A DNA stretch of 18,702 nt from an uncultured archaeon (GTDB taxonomy: Archaea; Asgardarchaeota; Lokiarchaeia; Sigyniarchaeales; SOKP01). The DNA is taken from positions 1-18,702 of the forward strand of contig CAYLZE010000101.1 of the NCBI GenBank assembly GCA_964388035.1, read 5' to 3'. Both the position numbers and the translations under genes were made by a program. Of the stretch, positions 7,746 to 16,591 are shown piece by piece. The notes beneath the pieces are model-generated. The model was not told the origin of the DNA and made no database searches. It saw only the letters and a list, made by a program, of their open reading frames with translations. Numbering within the stretch: the first letter of the stretch is position 1; each line of letters opens with the position of its first letter.

Positions 7746-8714
7746 GTGAGATTATTGGCAGAAACAGAACAAGAAGAAGAAATCATGCCCAAAAAAGTGC
7801 TTCGTTTCATTTTGATCAATGCCTTGGTCGTGTTCGTGGTTGGGCTTATCTTATTATTATTAGGATATAATATCTATTTTGACGAGCTTTTCTATGATAA
7901 TGCAATAATGTATGCAATATTTTCGGTAATCACGAATATTGGGGATATTATGGTTTATATTGTTATTATAGTGGTAGTCTGGTATGCTTTTGATAAACGA
8001 GTGGCTAAAAATACTGCTCTTTCTCTTTTACTAGGTGGAGCTTATGCGAATGCGATAATAAAGGACACCTTTCGAGATCCCAGGCCTTGGACTGCACGAG
8101 ATGTAACCGGATATGGTTTTCCATCTGGACATTCTCAATCCAGTACTACAACGTATGGATACCTTGCCTATAAAGCAAGAAAACATAATAAAATAGTTTC
8201 ATGGATTCTCATCGCCATTATATATATTGTAGCAGTTTCAAGAGTCATAATTGGTGTACATGATATACAGGATATATGGGGCGGATTATTAATCGGAATG
8301 TTGTTTGTCACGCTTTTTATTGTCCTTGAACCTAAATTTTCGGCAAAAATTAACCCCCTTAGCTTGCCCATTAAATTAGTTCTGAGTATTGTTATTCCCA
8401 TTATACTATTTATTGTGGCTACATTGATTTTTCCAGAAAGTGAAGATTATGGATTGGATTGTGGAGCGATGATTGGCCTTTTATGCGGTTATTTGGTGGA
8501 GTGTGAAACCATTAAATATGATCCTTCAGTTCTCACGGGAAAACAGAAAGTAATAAATCTCATTATCGGATTACTAATCACGTTTGCGCTCTACTTTATC
8601 TTAAGTTTTATTCCATTGGAGTCAAATATATGGGAGCTATTTCAATATTTCATTTTATCTTTCTTGCTCGCCACGTTAAATCCTTGGATTTTTACTAAGA
8701 TAAATAAAAAATAA
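7746..8714 (+). CDS. PAP2-family integral membrane (lipid-phosphate) phosphatase
   Basis: Complete motif triad KDTFRDPRP (Kx6RP), PSGH and SRVIIGVHDIQD (SRx5Hx3D), with many TM segments. The true start may be a few codons downstream. Confidence 0.92.
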   Translation: MRLLAETEQEEEIMPKKVLRFILINALVVFVVGLILLLLGYNIYFDELFYDNAIMYAIFSVITNIGDIMVYIVIIVVVWYAFDKRVAKNTALSLLLGGAYANAIIKDTFRDPRPWTARDVTGYGFPSGHSQSSTTTYGYLAYKARKHNKIVSWILIAIIYIVAVSRVIIGVHDIQDIWGGLLIGMLFVTLFIVLEPKFSAKINPLSLPIKLVLSIVIPIILFIVATLIFPESEDYGLDCGAMIGLLCGYLVECETIKYDPSVLTGKQKVINLIIGLLITFALYFILSFIPLESNIWELFQYFILSFLLATLNPWIFTKINKK

Positions 8715-8715
8715 G

Positions 8716-8741
8716 CCCTTAATTGGGGTAATTTTTTTTTT
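8716..8741 (+). terminator. Putative terminator (short hairpin plus oligo-T) between convergent PAP2 and iorB genes
   Basis: ccc-ttaatt-ggg followed by a run of about 10 T directly after the PAP2 stop codon. Confidence 0.45.
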
Positions 8742-8772
8742 AATTATATTACTTAATTTTTTTATTGTAAAG

Positions 8773-9420
8773 TTAAATCAATTCAAATCCAATTTTGAAA
8801 GCTTGAGTATTTTGAGAGTTTTCGCCATAAAAATCTCGTAAAAGGTTTATAATAAGTTCTTTATTGAAAAATTCCTCAAATTCTTTAGTTATAACCCCAA
8901 GGATAATGCTAGTTGTGAATATGGGTTTTCCCAAATAAATTTGAGACAATTCACTAAAATCCATGGAAATTGTTTTTCGAGCAAATTGATCTAGTAGCTC
9001 TAAAATTTTGGCATTGGAGGGATAAGCTCCGGGGTTTTTTTCAGAATTCAACAGAACTTGCTTTGGAAATTGTCTTCGAGTATTTAGAATGATCACAGTT
9101 TTTTCTGAAATGTATTTAAGATTTCTGAGGGTTTCTAATGGTTCTAGGCCTAATATTATATGAGCATCGTTAGTAGGAATTAAGGGTGAAATTAGATCTT
9201 CAATTTCATATCCTTCCTCCAAGGAATAAACTTTACTTTCAACAAGATATCGCACCGTTCCAATCACAGAACCTTCTCTTTGAGAAACGCCCCTGGTTTC
9301 CGTTCCAACGACATTTTTAATAAAGGGTGATCGCAATCCATATTCTCTCAGAAGATTACCCAGGGAGATAACACCTTGTCCTCCAACACCCGTGATTAAA
9401 ATGTTAAAAATATCCGCCAT
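8773..9420 (-). CDS. iorB: Indolepyruvate:ferredoxin oxidoreductase beta subunit
   Basis: ITGVGGQGVI, ETRGVSQREGSV, GLEPLETLR. Starts 2 bp after the iorA stop. Confidence 0.9.
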   Translation of the reverse strand: MADIFNILITGVGGQGVISLGNLLREYGLRSPFIKNVVGTETRGVSQREGSVIGTVRYLVESKVYSLEEGYEIEDLISPLIPTNDAHIILGLEPLETLRNLKYISEKTVIILNTRRQFPKQVLLNSEKNPGAYPSNAKILELLDQFARKTISMDFSELSQIYLGKPIFTTSIILGVITKEFEEFFNKELIINLLRDFYGENSQNTQAFKIGFELI

Positions 9421-9422
9421 GA

Positions 9423-11510
9423 TTAGTTATCTTTTATTTGTCCTTTTGTTTTATAAAGGATTTTTTTAATTGCATTGTTCTTACAAACAGCCTTACAGAT
9501 CCCCGGGCATACTTCAGGAATGCATTTAGATTGATCAATATAATACTCCAACGTGCTCCCTTTAGAAGAACTTGTGGTTTCCTCATCCTTTTCTGATGGT
9601 TGATCCCCCACATTAATAGCGGGGCATCCTAAGTATTCTATACATTCATTGCATTTCACGCAGGTATCTAAAATGCTATAGGAAGATTTAAATTCATCCC
9701 TTTCTGATGAGTCTATTTCCTTTAATCTTCTTTTTTTTTCTAAGGCACATTCCTCATCGATTAATATAACCTTGAGTCCTTTTTTTAGCAGTGCATCTGC
9801 AAAAATTCTTTCTAATTTCTCAATATTATATGCCCCCGTTATCACTAGGTTATCTATTCCTAATGCCTTTAAAAAAGATTGGATATTAATCCCTTTAACA
9901 TCTGTTTTACTAAATTGACGGGAATGGGGAATGAGATCTGTGGGTGTTGCGATATGGAGTTGGTGCCCTGTCATGGCAGTCCAATAATTATAAAAGATAA
10001 TAACGGTAAGATCAACATCGTTCTTTATTGCATTTAATAAGGGTTGAAGCCCCGAATGAAATAGAGTGGAATCTCCAACATAAGCAATGAGTTTTTGTTT
10101 ATGAGAGTCCACAGCATGAACCATTCCATTTGCAATACCAATTCCCGCTCCCATACATACAACCCAATCAATTAGTTGATAGGGATAAGCTTCGGAAAGA
10201 GTATAACATCCAATATCGCCAGAAAATAAGTAACGGACCTCTTTTTCTTTCTCAATTCGTTGAGTCACTTTTTTCAAGGCATAAAATACGGGGCGATATT
10301 GGCAGCCGGGACAAAAACTAGGTTCTCGAAGCGGCAATGAAGGCAATATTTCTTTTAAAATCTCTTCTTTTTGGTTGATTTCATCCAGTATTTGGTGATT
10401 TGTAATCATGAAGTGTCTTGAAAAAAGATCCATAATTAATTCAGAACTCAATTCCCCTATATTGGGCAAGAAATCTTTTCCATGAATTTGAACCGACTGG
10501 CTGGAATCTTGTATTGGATACATGATTCCATGAATGGAAGATTCAAGGAATGGTTCTAGTTCTTCTATGATTAAAAGAGTTTTTAAATGATTAGTCTTCA
10601 CGAATTGGAGAATTTCTTGCTTATTTATCGGAAAAATCACGCCCAATTTCAATATGGGAGGATTTATTCTTAATTTATAGCACGCTTCAATTACATCGCC
10701 ATAGCAGACGCCACTGGTAATGATCCCTACATGTTCATTTATAGCATATTCATTTTTGGATTGAATTTTTAATTTCTTGATAAAATTGAACTTCTCATGT
10801 ATCTTTTCATCCTTCTCTAAAATATTAATGATATCAAAATATTTCTTTTGATTGGATAAAGCTTGTCCCCGCGTATTAATAAAGCGATCGGGGTCCTTTT
10901 TAAATGAACCATTACCTAATAGTTGTTGAATTTCTCCTAATTTGACGAGGCCCTGCCCATGACATAATCTTGCCGTAGTGTTAATGATGATTGGTATCTC
11001 ATACTTTTCCGAAAGCTCAAGACCAAGTTTAATATAATCCTTGCATTCTTGTACCGTGGCAGGTTCTAAGATTGGTATTTTAGTATGCAAGGAATAAAGG
11101 CGATTATCTTGAGCATTCGTGGAGGATAAGATTCCTGGATCTCCACCATTTATAATAAGCATCCCTCCAATCACACCCGAATAGGGAAAGGAATGCAAGG
11201 GGTCCGCTGCAACATTCATGCCCAAATGCTTAAACATGACCACCGATCTCAATCCTGCCCAACTCACACCAATACAAGATTCTAATGCCACTTTTTCATT
11301 GACGGAATAATCAAACGTAAAATTTGGAGAATTGCATGATAAATAATTTAAGTAATCTCCCACCTCAGATAGTGGCGTGCCGGGATAATTTGCAGAGAAG
11401 CTCACTCCAGCTTCAAATATGCCCCTTGCAAAGGCTTCATTTCCCGATAAATGAACGGTTTTTCCCGGAGAATCCTTAAAAAGTTCGCTTATTTTCATGA
11501 ATTCACTCAA
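9423..11510 (-). CDS. iorA: Indolepyruvate:ferredoxin oxidoreductase alpha subunit
   Basis: SGNEAFARG, YPGTPLSE, NEKVALE, FCPGC, GDIGCY, the TPP-binding region GDST..HSG..N..TAMTG, and a C-terminal ferredoxin domain (CVKCNEC..GCPAI; C..C.G.C..VC). Confidence 0.93.
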   Translation of the reverse strand: MSEFMKISELFKDSPGKTVHLSGNEAFARGIFEAGVSFSANYPGTPLSEVGDYLNYLSCNSPNFTFDYSVNEKVALESCIGVSWAGLRSVVMFKHLGMNVAADPLHSFPYSGVIGGMLIINGGDPGILSSTNAQDNRLYSLHTKIPILEPATVQECKDYIKLGLELSEKYEIPIIINTTARLCHGQGLVKLGEIQQLLGNGSFKKDPDRFINTRGQALSNQKKYFDIINILEKDEKIHEKFNFIKKLKIQSKNEYAINEHVGIITSGVCYGDVIEACYKLRINPPILKLGVIFPINKQEILQFVKTNHLKTLLIIEELEPFLESSIHGIMYPIQDSSQSVQIHGKDFLPNIGELSSELIMDLFSRHFMITNHQILDEINQKEEILKEILPSLPLREPSFCPGCQYRPVFYALKKVTQRIEKEKEVRYLFSGDIGCYTLSEAYPYQLIDWVVCMGAGIGIANGMVHAVDSHKQKLIAYVGDSTLFHSGLQPLLNAIKNDVDLTVIIFYNYWTAMTGHQLHIATPTDLIPHSRQFSKTDVKGINIQSFLKALGIDNLVITGAYNIEKLERIFADALLKKGLKVILIDEECALEKKRRLKEIDSSERDEFKSSYSILDTCVKCNECIEYLGCPAINVGDQPSEKDEETTSSSKGSTLEYYIDQSKCIPEVCPGICKAVCKNNAIKKILYKTKGQIKDN

Positions 11511-12014
11511 TTCTCTTCCTATATAAAAAAATTAACCAACCAATGAAAAGAGGTTAGCTTGCTCAATAAAAGTTCTCGTAAAGTAGTATAAGTATTTTTC
11601 TCTAAAACTTTTTCCTTTATAATTATTTAGCTAAATTCATCGAATCCCGAAATATCAAACTCGTTCGAATTAACACTATTACGTACATGAAATTAACTAG
11701 TGTGGCATATTTAAATCCATCCCTATGCCTTTTTTACTTCAGTAATCTCCTTGAAGCATGAACGGAGTTATGCATGGAATTACTAAATTCTATTATCATC
11801 CTTTGATCCAAGCTATATATCGGAAAACTTAGAACTCAATGAAACAAACCTTTGTGGTTTCTTGATAAAAATATAATCAAAAAAGGTGAATAATAAAAGA
11901 AAAGTGGACTTTAAAATCATTTTTATTGATTAAAGATTGGTCTACATTTTTTTTTATTATCTTTAAATTTTATTTTCATCATAATAATACATAATATAAA
12001 TTTGACATTCCATC

Positions 12015-12152
12015 ATGTTGTTTCATAAAAAAGAAGAAGAAAAAGAAGAAATGTGTGTAGATAGGCAAAATTGGGAATGTTTTAGAGATATTGAACTGAA
12101 AAAACGAATTTATAAACGATATTTAGAATTAGAAGAAATATTGAATTCTTAG
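12015..12152 (+). CDS. Putative 45-aa small protein (not in the ORF track)
   Basis: ATG to TAG encodes MLFHKKEEEKEEMCVDRQNWECFRDIELKKRIYKRYLELEEILNS. Purine-rich like the sense strands of neighbouring genes, and convergent on cobC with a 47-bp gap containing T tracts. Confidence 0.5.
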   Translation: MLFHKKEEEKEEMCVDRQNWECFRDIELKKRIYKRYLELEEILNS

Positions 12153-12199
12153 TATCTATTTCATTTTTTAAGATTTAGTTTAAATAGACTTATTCTAAA

Positions 12200-12781
12200 T
12201 TATTTATTCATGAATTTAATTTTATAGAAAGGCTTGTTTTCTTTATCAAAATTGACGATAATTTTAGAGATAGAACTATAGTCAATCTCTAATGAAAATA
12301 AATTGTTTAAAGGCATTTCTAATACAAGAGCAATAATTGATCGAATCACTCCCGCATGAGCTACAATAACTATTTGTTCTTGCTTTTCTTTAATTAATTC
12401 TAAAAAAAATTCGGAGATTCTCTTATACAAATCCAGGTATGACTCTCCTCCATTAGGGGGATTTACATGTACGAAATCGTCCATCCATTTTTTTAATAGA
12501 ACTTGATCTACCTCATCCCATCTCTTCAACTCCCATCCTCCAAAATTGAGTTCCTTCAATTGCGGATCGATTATGGGATCTGTTGGAGATAATTTTTTTG
12601 CAAGTAAAAGACATCTTTTTAAGGGGCTCGAATAGAAGATCATGTTTTTTTGCGGATTTAATTTTGTCTTAATCTCTTCCGCTTCCTTTTCAAATGTGTT
12701 TGATGGATCCACATCAGATTGACCATAAAAGATGCCTTCTTTTACATTCACAGGCGTATGCCGTATTAGATATATTTCCAC
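12200..12781 (-). CDS. cobC: Alpha-ribazole-5'-phosphate / adenosylcobalamin-phosphate phosphatase (histidine phosphatase family)
   Basis: YLIRHT, YGQSDV, SSPLKRC, LKELNFGGWE, GGES, VAHAGVIR. Last gene of the cobamide cluster. GTG start. Confidence 0.85.
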   Translation of the reverse strand: MEIYLIRHTPVNVKEGIFYGQSDVDPSNTFEKEAEEIKTKLNPQKNMIFYSSPLKRCLLLAKKLSPTDPIIDPQLKELNFGGWELKRWDEVDQVLLKKWMDDFVHVNPPNGGESYLDLYKRISEFFLELIKEKQEQIVIVAHAGVIRSIIALVLEMPLNNLFSLEIDYSSISKIIVNFDKENKPFYKIKFMNK

Positions 12782-12863
12782 GGTATTCTCATCAATAATT
12801 TTTCAAGATTTATAATATACGAGAAAAAAGTGAACAATTAAAATAACTTTTTCTTATATAGTG

Positions 12864-13979
12864 CTATTTTAAATGCTCTTTAAGTATCAGTTTGATGAGA
12901 TAATCTTTAATATGAGTTAAAACATCTTGAAAAAATTCTTTGTTTTTCTCTCCTTTGCTCCCCATATCACTCAAAAATAATTTACTTTTCTTTTCCAGCA
13001 AGAAATTTAAATTCAGTATCAATTCATTTCGAGTTAATAGATTCCATTGATACTCATCCAATAAATGGGTTATCAGGGAAATGCAAGAAATGGTATTAAA
13101 ATCTTCGGAAATTGTATTCGAATAAGGTTCAAATTGTTCCCAAGATAGCTTTTCATTATCATTTAATGATTTATAGTATTGAAATAAAGATGTAGGGGTA
13201 ATTTGAAATCTCTGCAATCTAGTGAAGACTTTTTTCTGAGACATGCGATCTATATTCTCTTGTAATTTTATAGCCCTTTTGACTCCATTTATCACCGTAA
13301 TTCCAATTAACTCCCCCAATTTTGAATGCTTCCCAGCATTTGTTAGCTTTATTGGGGAGTCTAGATTTCCCATAATAATGCATCCATCAGTACCCGTTCC
13401 TGTTGCCATGCCCATTGAATACTTGCTCCCGATTAAGAGTTCTTGTAATGCCACGGATTTAGCTTCCGTGCAAGTCATTAGTACTCGGGATAAGGTTCCT
13501 GGAGGCATGTTTGCATTAATCTGGAGTAAAATATTAATCGTTCCGCTCTTTACATTATAATCTGGCAACTCTCTCTCGTCAAATGAGCTAGGGTCACCTG
13601 CTCTCCCGCTATTACCTTTAACTCCCGCCGTAATTATAGCACATACTGAAAGATTTTTACATGTTTCGATACAGAGGGAAGCATTCTTCATATCTGCCGT
13701 AGTGCTAATGGCCGTTGTATGCCGGGGTGGCAATCCAAAACTATGAGCGACATGGACCAAATGTTCTTCATAAGATAAATCTCCCAAATCATATCCATTA
13801 TTCATACCTTTTTTGCCATCAAAATTAAAGACATGGTTAAGATTTTCGCTATATCCTCCATTAAGTAAAGAAGTGCTTATTACATTTCTTTTGCCAATAA
13901 AATCAATAACAATTGCTTTGGGAAAAACGCGCACGCGATCTCCCGAAGGTAATATTAAATGATTTTTATTTGAATGCAT
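12864..13979 (-). CDS. cbiZ: Adenosylcobinamide amidohydrolase (long form)
   Basis: ISTSLLNGG, ITAGVKGN, GTINILL, TEAKSVALQEL, ATGTGTDG, AGKHSKLGELIG, then a ~130-aa helical C-terminal extension. Overlaps cobY by 14 bp. Confidence 0.9.
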   Translation of the reverse strand: MHSNKNHLILPSGDRVRVFPKAIVIDFIGKRNVISTSLLNGGYSENLNHVFNFDGKKGMNNGYDLGDLSYEEHLVHVAHSFGLPPRHTTAISTTADMKNASLCIETCKNLSVCAIITAGVKGNSGRAGDPSSFDERELPDYNVKSGTINILLQINANMPPGTLSRVLMTCTEAKSVALQELLIGSKYSMGMATGTGTDGCIIMGNLDSPIKLTNAGKHSKLGELIGITVINGVKRAIKLQENIDRMSQKKVFTRLQRFQITPTSLFQYYKSLNDNEKLSWEQFEPYSNTISEDFNTISCISLITHLLDEYQWNLLTRNELILNLNFLLEKKSKLFLSDMGSKGEKNKEFFQDVLTHIKDYLIKLILKEHLK

Positions 13980-14619
13980 TTTCTATTTCAAACTTTTTAT
14001 TTAATTTTAAATAATCTTCAACTGTATTGATGTTATAGACTAAATCCCGGTTCTCATTCAAATATATAGCTTGTTCAATATACGGTTGGTCTATTAAGGT
14101 TCCATCTACCATGTTGATCCCAACTGGAACCAAATCCTCTTCGACGATATCATTAATAATGGTTGAACATTCTAATCCCGTGTTAGTTAACAAACTTTTT
14201 CGCGACATCACGCTTAAAGCGGGCTTACCAGCAATAATATAATGCTGTATAATTTTTTCTAAAGACTCTGATTTAATCAATGGAATGTCCGCTGTCAAGG
14301 TTATCACTTTTTTTAAATTTAATGTTTTTACAATGAATTTTAAATCTTTATGATAATCTTCTCCCGTAGTTCGTAGGATTTCAATCGAATTAATTCCCAG
14401 AGATTGAAGAAAAGCTTCTGTTTGAAGAGTATAAGGTGATGTAGCCACAATTTTTCTTTTTATATCTTTTACCCCTAAAGTGGCTTCAATAACACGTTCT
14501 ATCAATGTTTTATGTCCAATCTGCAGTAAGGGTTTCTCATGATGAGATACTCCAATTTCATCGAAACTAAAGCGTGTGCTTTTTCCCCCCGCCATTATAA
14601 TTGCTGTTATTTCCACCAT
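13966..14619 (-). CDS. cobY: GTP:adenosylcobinamide-phosphate guanylyltransferase (archaeal type)
   Basis: NTP-transferase motif IMAGGKSTRF..EKPLL, plus TSPYT, ADIPLI, PVGINMV and NINTVED. Lies between cobS and cbiZ. Confidence 0.88.
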   Translation of the reverse strand: MVEITAIIMAGGKSTRFSFDEIGVSHHEKPLLQIGHKTLIERVIEATLGVKDIKRKIVATSPYTLQTEAFLQSLGINSIEILRTTGEDYHKDLKFIVKTLNLKKVITLTADIPLIKSESLEKIIQHYIIAGKPALSVMSRKSLLTNTGLECSTIINDIVEEDLVPVGINMVDGTLIDQPYIEQAIYLNENRDLVYNINTVEDYLKLNKKFEIENAFK

Positions 14620-14634
14620 CTTATCCTCTTTAGA

Positions 14635-15486
14635 TTATATAAGAGTTAAAGAATTGAATAGTAATAAAATCACCAGAGAAAAGGCTCTAGTAATCTCATT
14701 TAATGCTCCTAAGCAGTCTCCAGTAAGACCGTTAAAATTTTTATTAGCTATTCTGAGCATTAATATTACTGGAACAAAAGTGCTAATGAGAAAAACGAGA
14801 ATAAAAATTGCTATTTTATAATAATCCCACACTAGCACTTCATTAATTGAAATTAGAAAATTCGTTAATATTGAGAAATTAACTAATAGTGAAGAATAAA
14901 TGAAGCTTATAAATACAGTAAGAAGAACAAAAATTCCCGATATAATTAAAGATAAACCCAAGTGTTTACATTTATTCTTCTCGATGAAAGGCGTGGCCAT
15001 TTTAGTACCTGCAGATTTTCCCAATGAACATGCGGCTACCATTGCATTTTTAGCAGATATTTCAGCAATGATTAACGATGTTATTATCATGCTTTTAGAA
15101 AAAGCTATGGAAATGCCCGTAATGATTAAAACAATTAATCCCAATGAAAACCCCCCTGCCCCGACGGATACATCATGCATCACCGCAATTTTTTCTTCAG
15201 GTGTTTTACGAGCCATTATTCCATCCCCAAAATCAAGGAGTCCGTCCACGTGATGTGCTCCTGTAAGATAGATGATCAGTCCCAAAATGAGAAATCCTAC
15301 TAATAAATCGGGTAGAAATCTAAAAAGGATGAGTGCTATACCGCTAAGAATTAACCCTAATATCCATCCCACTACGGGAGATAACCATAAACCTTCCGCA
15401 ATCTCATCATAACTTTCAATCTCTGTTTTTACGGGAAAAATAGTAAAGAAAATTATGGTTAATTTTAACTTTTTTAACAATCCCAT
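14635..15486 (-). CDS. cobS: Adenosylcobinamide-GDP ribazoletransferase (cobamide synthase)
   Basis: TGAHHVDGLLDFGDG, MHDVSVGAGG, GLTGDCLGALNE; polytopic membrane protein. Confidence 0.93.
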   Translation of the reverse strand: MGLLKKLKLTIIFFTIFPVKTEIESYDEIAEGLWLSPVVGWILGLILSGIALILFRFLPDLLVGFLILGLIIYLTGAHHVDGLLDFGDGIMARKTPEEKIAVMHDVSVGAGGFSLGLIVLIITGISIAFSKSMIITSLIIAEISAKNAMVAACSLGKSAGTKMATPFIEKNKCKHLGLSLIISGIFVLLTVFISFIYSSLLVNFSILTNFLISINEVLVWDYYKIAIFILVFLISTFVPVILMLRIANKNFNGLTGDCLGALNEITRAFSLVILLLFNSLTLI

Positions 15487-15489
15487 TAT

Positions 15490-15497
15490 TTCACCTT
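15490..15497 (-). promoter_or_regulatory. Shine-Dalgarno-like site upstream of cobS
   Basis: AAGGTGA on the minus strand a few nt before the ATG, matching the archaeal GGAGGTGA consensus. Similar purine motifs precede cbiB (AGGAG) and cobY (GAGG). Confidence 0.5.
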
Positions 15498-15501
15498 AAA
15501 A

Positions 15502-16575
15502 TTAAATTATTAAATATATAATTATAATGCTAATGATAGTCAGCGAGATAATAAACATTAGGCTGGTGATTTTAATTATTTTAAATGAAGATCTAATATC
15601 TTCGATGGCTAGCTGCTTTTTACTTTGACCCAGTTTATATTTTCCCACTTTTTCCAATTGCACTTCTAATAATCCCGCCATCGCACCCATTGTCCAGCCT
15701 GCATTCAAGCTTTCTAACGCGTTCCGTTCCTTTTTTAAAACATTGACAGCATTTTTAACGTTTTTCTTATATAGAGCTCCGGCTAATAACATGAAAATTG
15801 CCGTTAATCGAGCAGGAATATAATTAGCCATATCATCCATGCGAGCAGAAAACCATCCCAAATTGATGTATTCGGGATCCTTGTATCCAACAATACTGTC
15901 CGCGGTGTTAATTGTGCGATACATGTAGGCAAAGGGGATCCCCAAAAATAACCAAAGAATGAATGGATTAATTAGATGATACACTAGTACCCCTATCGCG
16001 TTTCCAGCTAGATAAAACCAAAAAACGCTGGTTATTCCATCCGTGGAACTTTCTGAAATACATTCTACTGTCGCAGAGATTATGTGAGTTTTATCCAGAG
16101 ACTCTGTATCTCTTCGTACGATATAGGACAAGTGGAATCTTGCGTCATCCAATTTTTCTAGGCTTAATGCATCTGTAATCGGTGCAGAAACGTCTTTCAA
16201 GTTTTTCAAGGCAAAACTCCATTTTAAGATAAATCCACTAATTGCAGAATATAAAATTATCTCTACGAGCGGAAAGGAGTTAAATGAGGTGAAATTTAAA
16301 CTTGTTGCTATCCACCACGTGAGTATTTGAATGAGAAATAAGGGAATCCATACAATGATGATTGAAATTATTAATAGGAAAATTCCATAAGCTTTTTCCC
16401 CTCTTGGCATGGTGCTTCTCTTTTTTTCTTTTATGAAGATCAGTAATTTCCCAATTAAATTGACGGGATGATAATTAAAATGAGGATCACCAATCAAGCT
16501 ATCGAATATTAAAGAAAAAATAATGGTGAGTACAAAGCTAATTAAGAAATATTCTTTAATTAAAAGGAAATCCAT
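15502..16575 (-). CDS. cbiB: Adenosylcobinamide-phosphate synthase
   Basis: DSLIGDP..HPV, IVRRDT, ESSTDG, YRTINTADSIVGYK, RMDDMANYIPARL, NAGWTMGAMAG. Confidence 0.94.
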   Translation of the reverse strand: MDFLLIKEYFLISFVLTIIFSLIFDSLIGDPHFNYHPVNLIGKLLIFIKEKKRSTMPRGEKAYGIFLLIISIIIVWIPLFLIQILTWWIATSLNFTSFNSFPLVEIILYSAISGFILKWSFALKNLKDVSAPITDALSLEKLDDARFHLSYIVRRDTESLDKTHIISATVECISESSTDGITSVFWFYLAGNAIGVLVYHLINPFILWLFLGIPFAYMYRTINTADSIVGYKDPEYINLGWFSARMDDMANYIPARLTAIFMLLAGALYKKNVKNAVNVLKKERNALESLNAGWTMGAMAGLLEVQLEKVGKYKLGQSKKQLAIEDIRSSFKIIKITSLMFIISLTIISIIIIYLII

Positions 16576-16591
16576 TTTTTATTTCGCTCCT

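Noticed and set aside
8168-10321. ORFs 8168-8401 (-) and 10130-10321 (+)
   Set aside because: Each lies fully inside PAP2 or iorA on the opposite strand and has no independent support.
11687-11893. ATG-initiated plus-strand frame with three in-frame TGA codons and an overlapping AUGA..GA hairpin (possible selenoprotein/SECIS)
   Set aside because: The translation resembles no selenoprotein family and has no UxxC/CxxU motif. The hairpin lacks a good helix II and apical AA, and it overlaps the frame instead of lying in a 3' UTR.
11511-12199. Possible cobalamin riboswitch near the cob genes
   Set aside because: The region is downstream of the operon and I see no B12-box consensus. The operon's 5' leader is outside the window.
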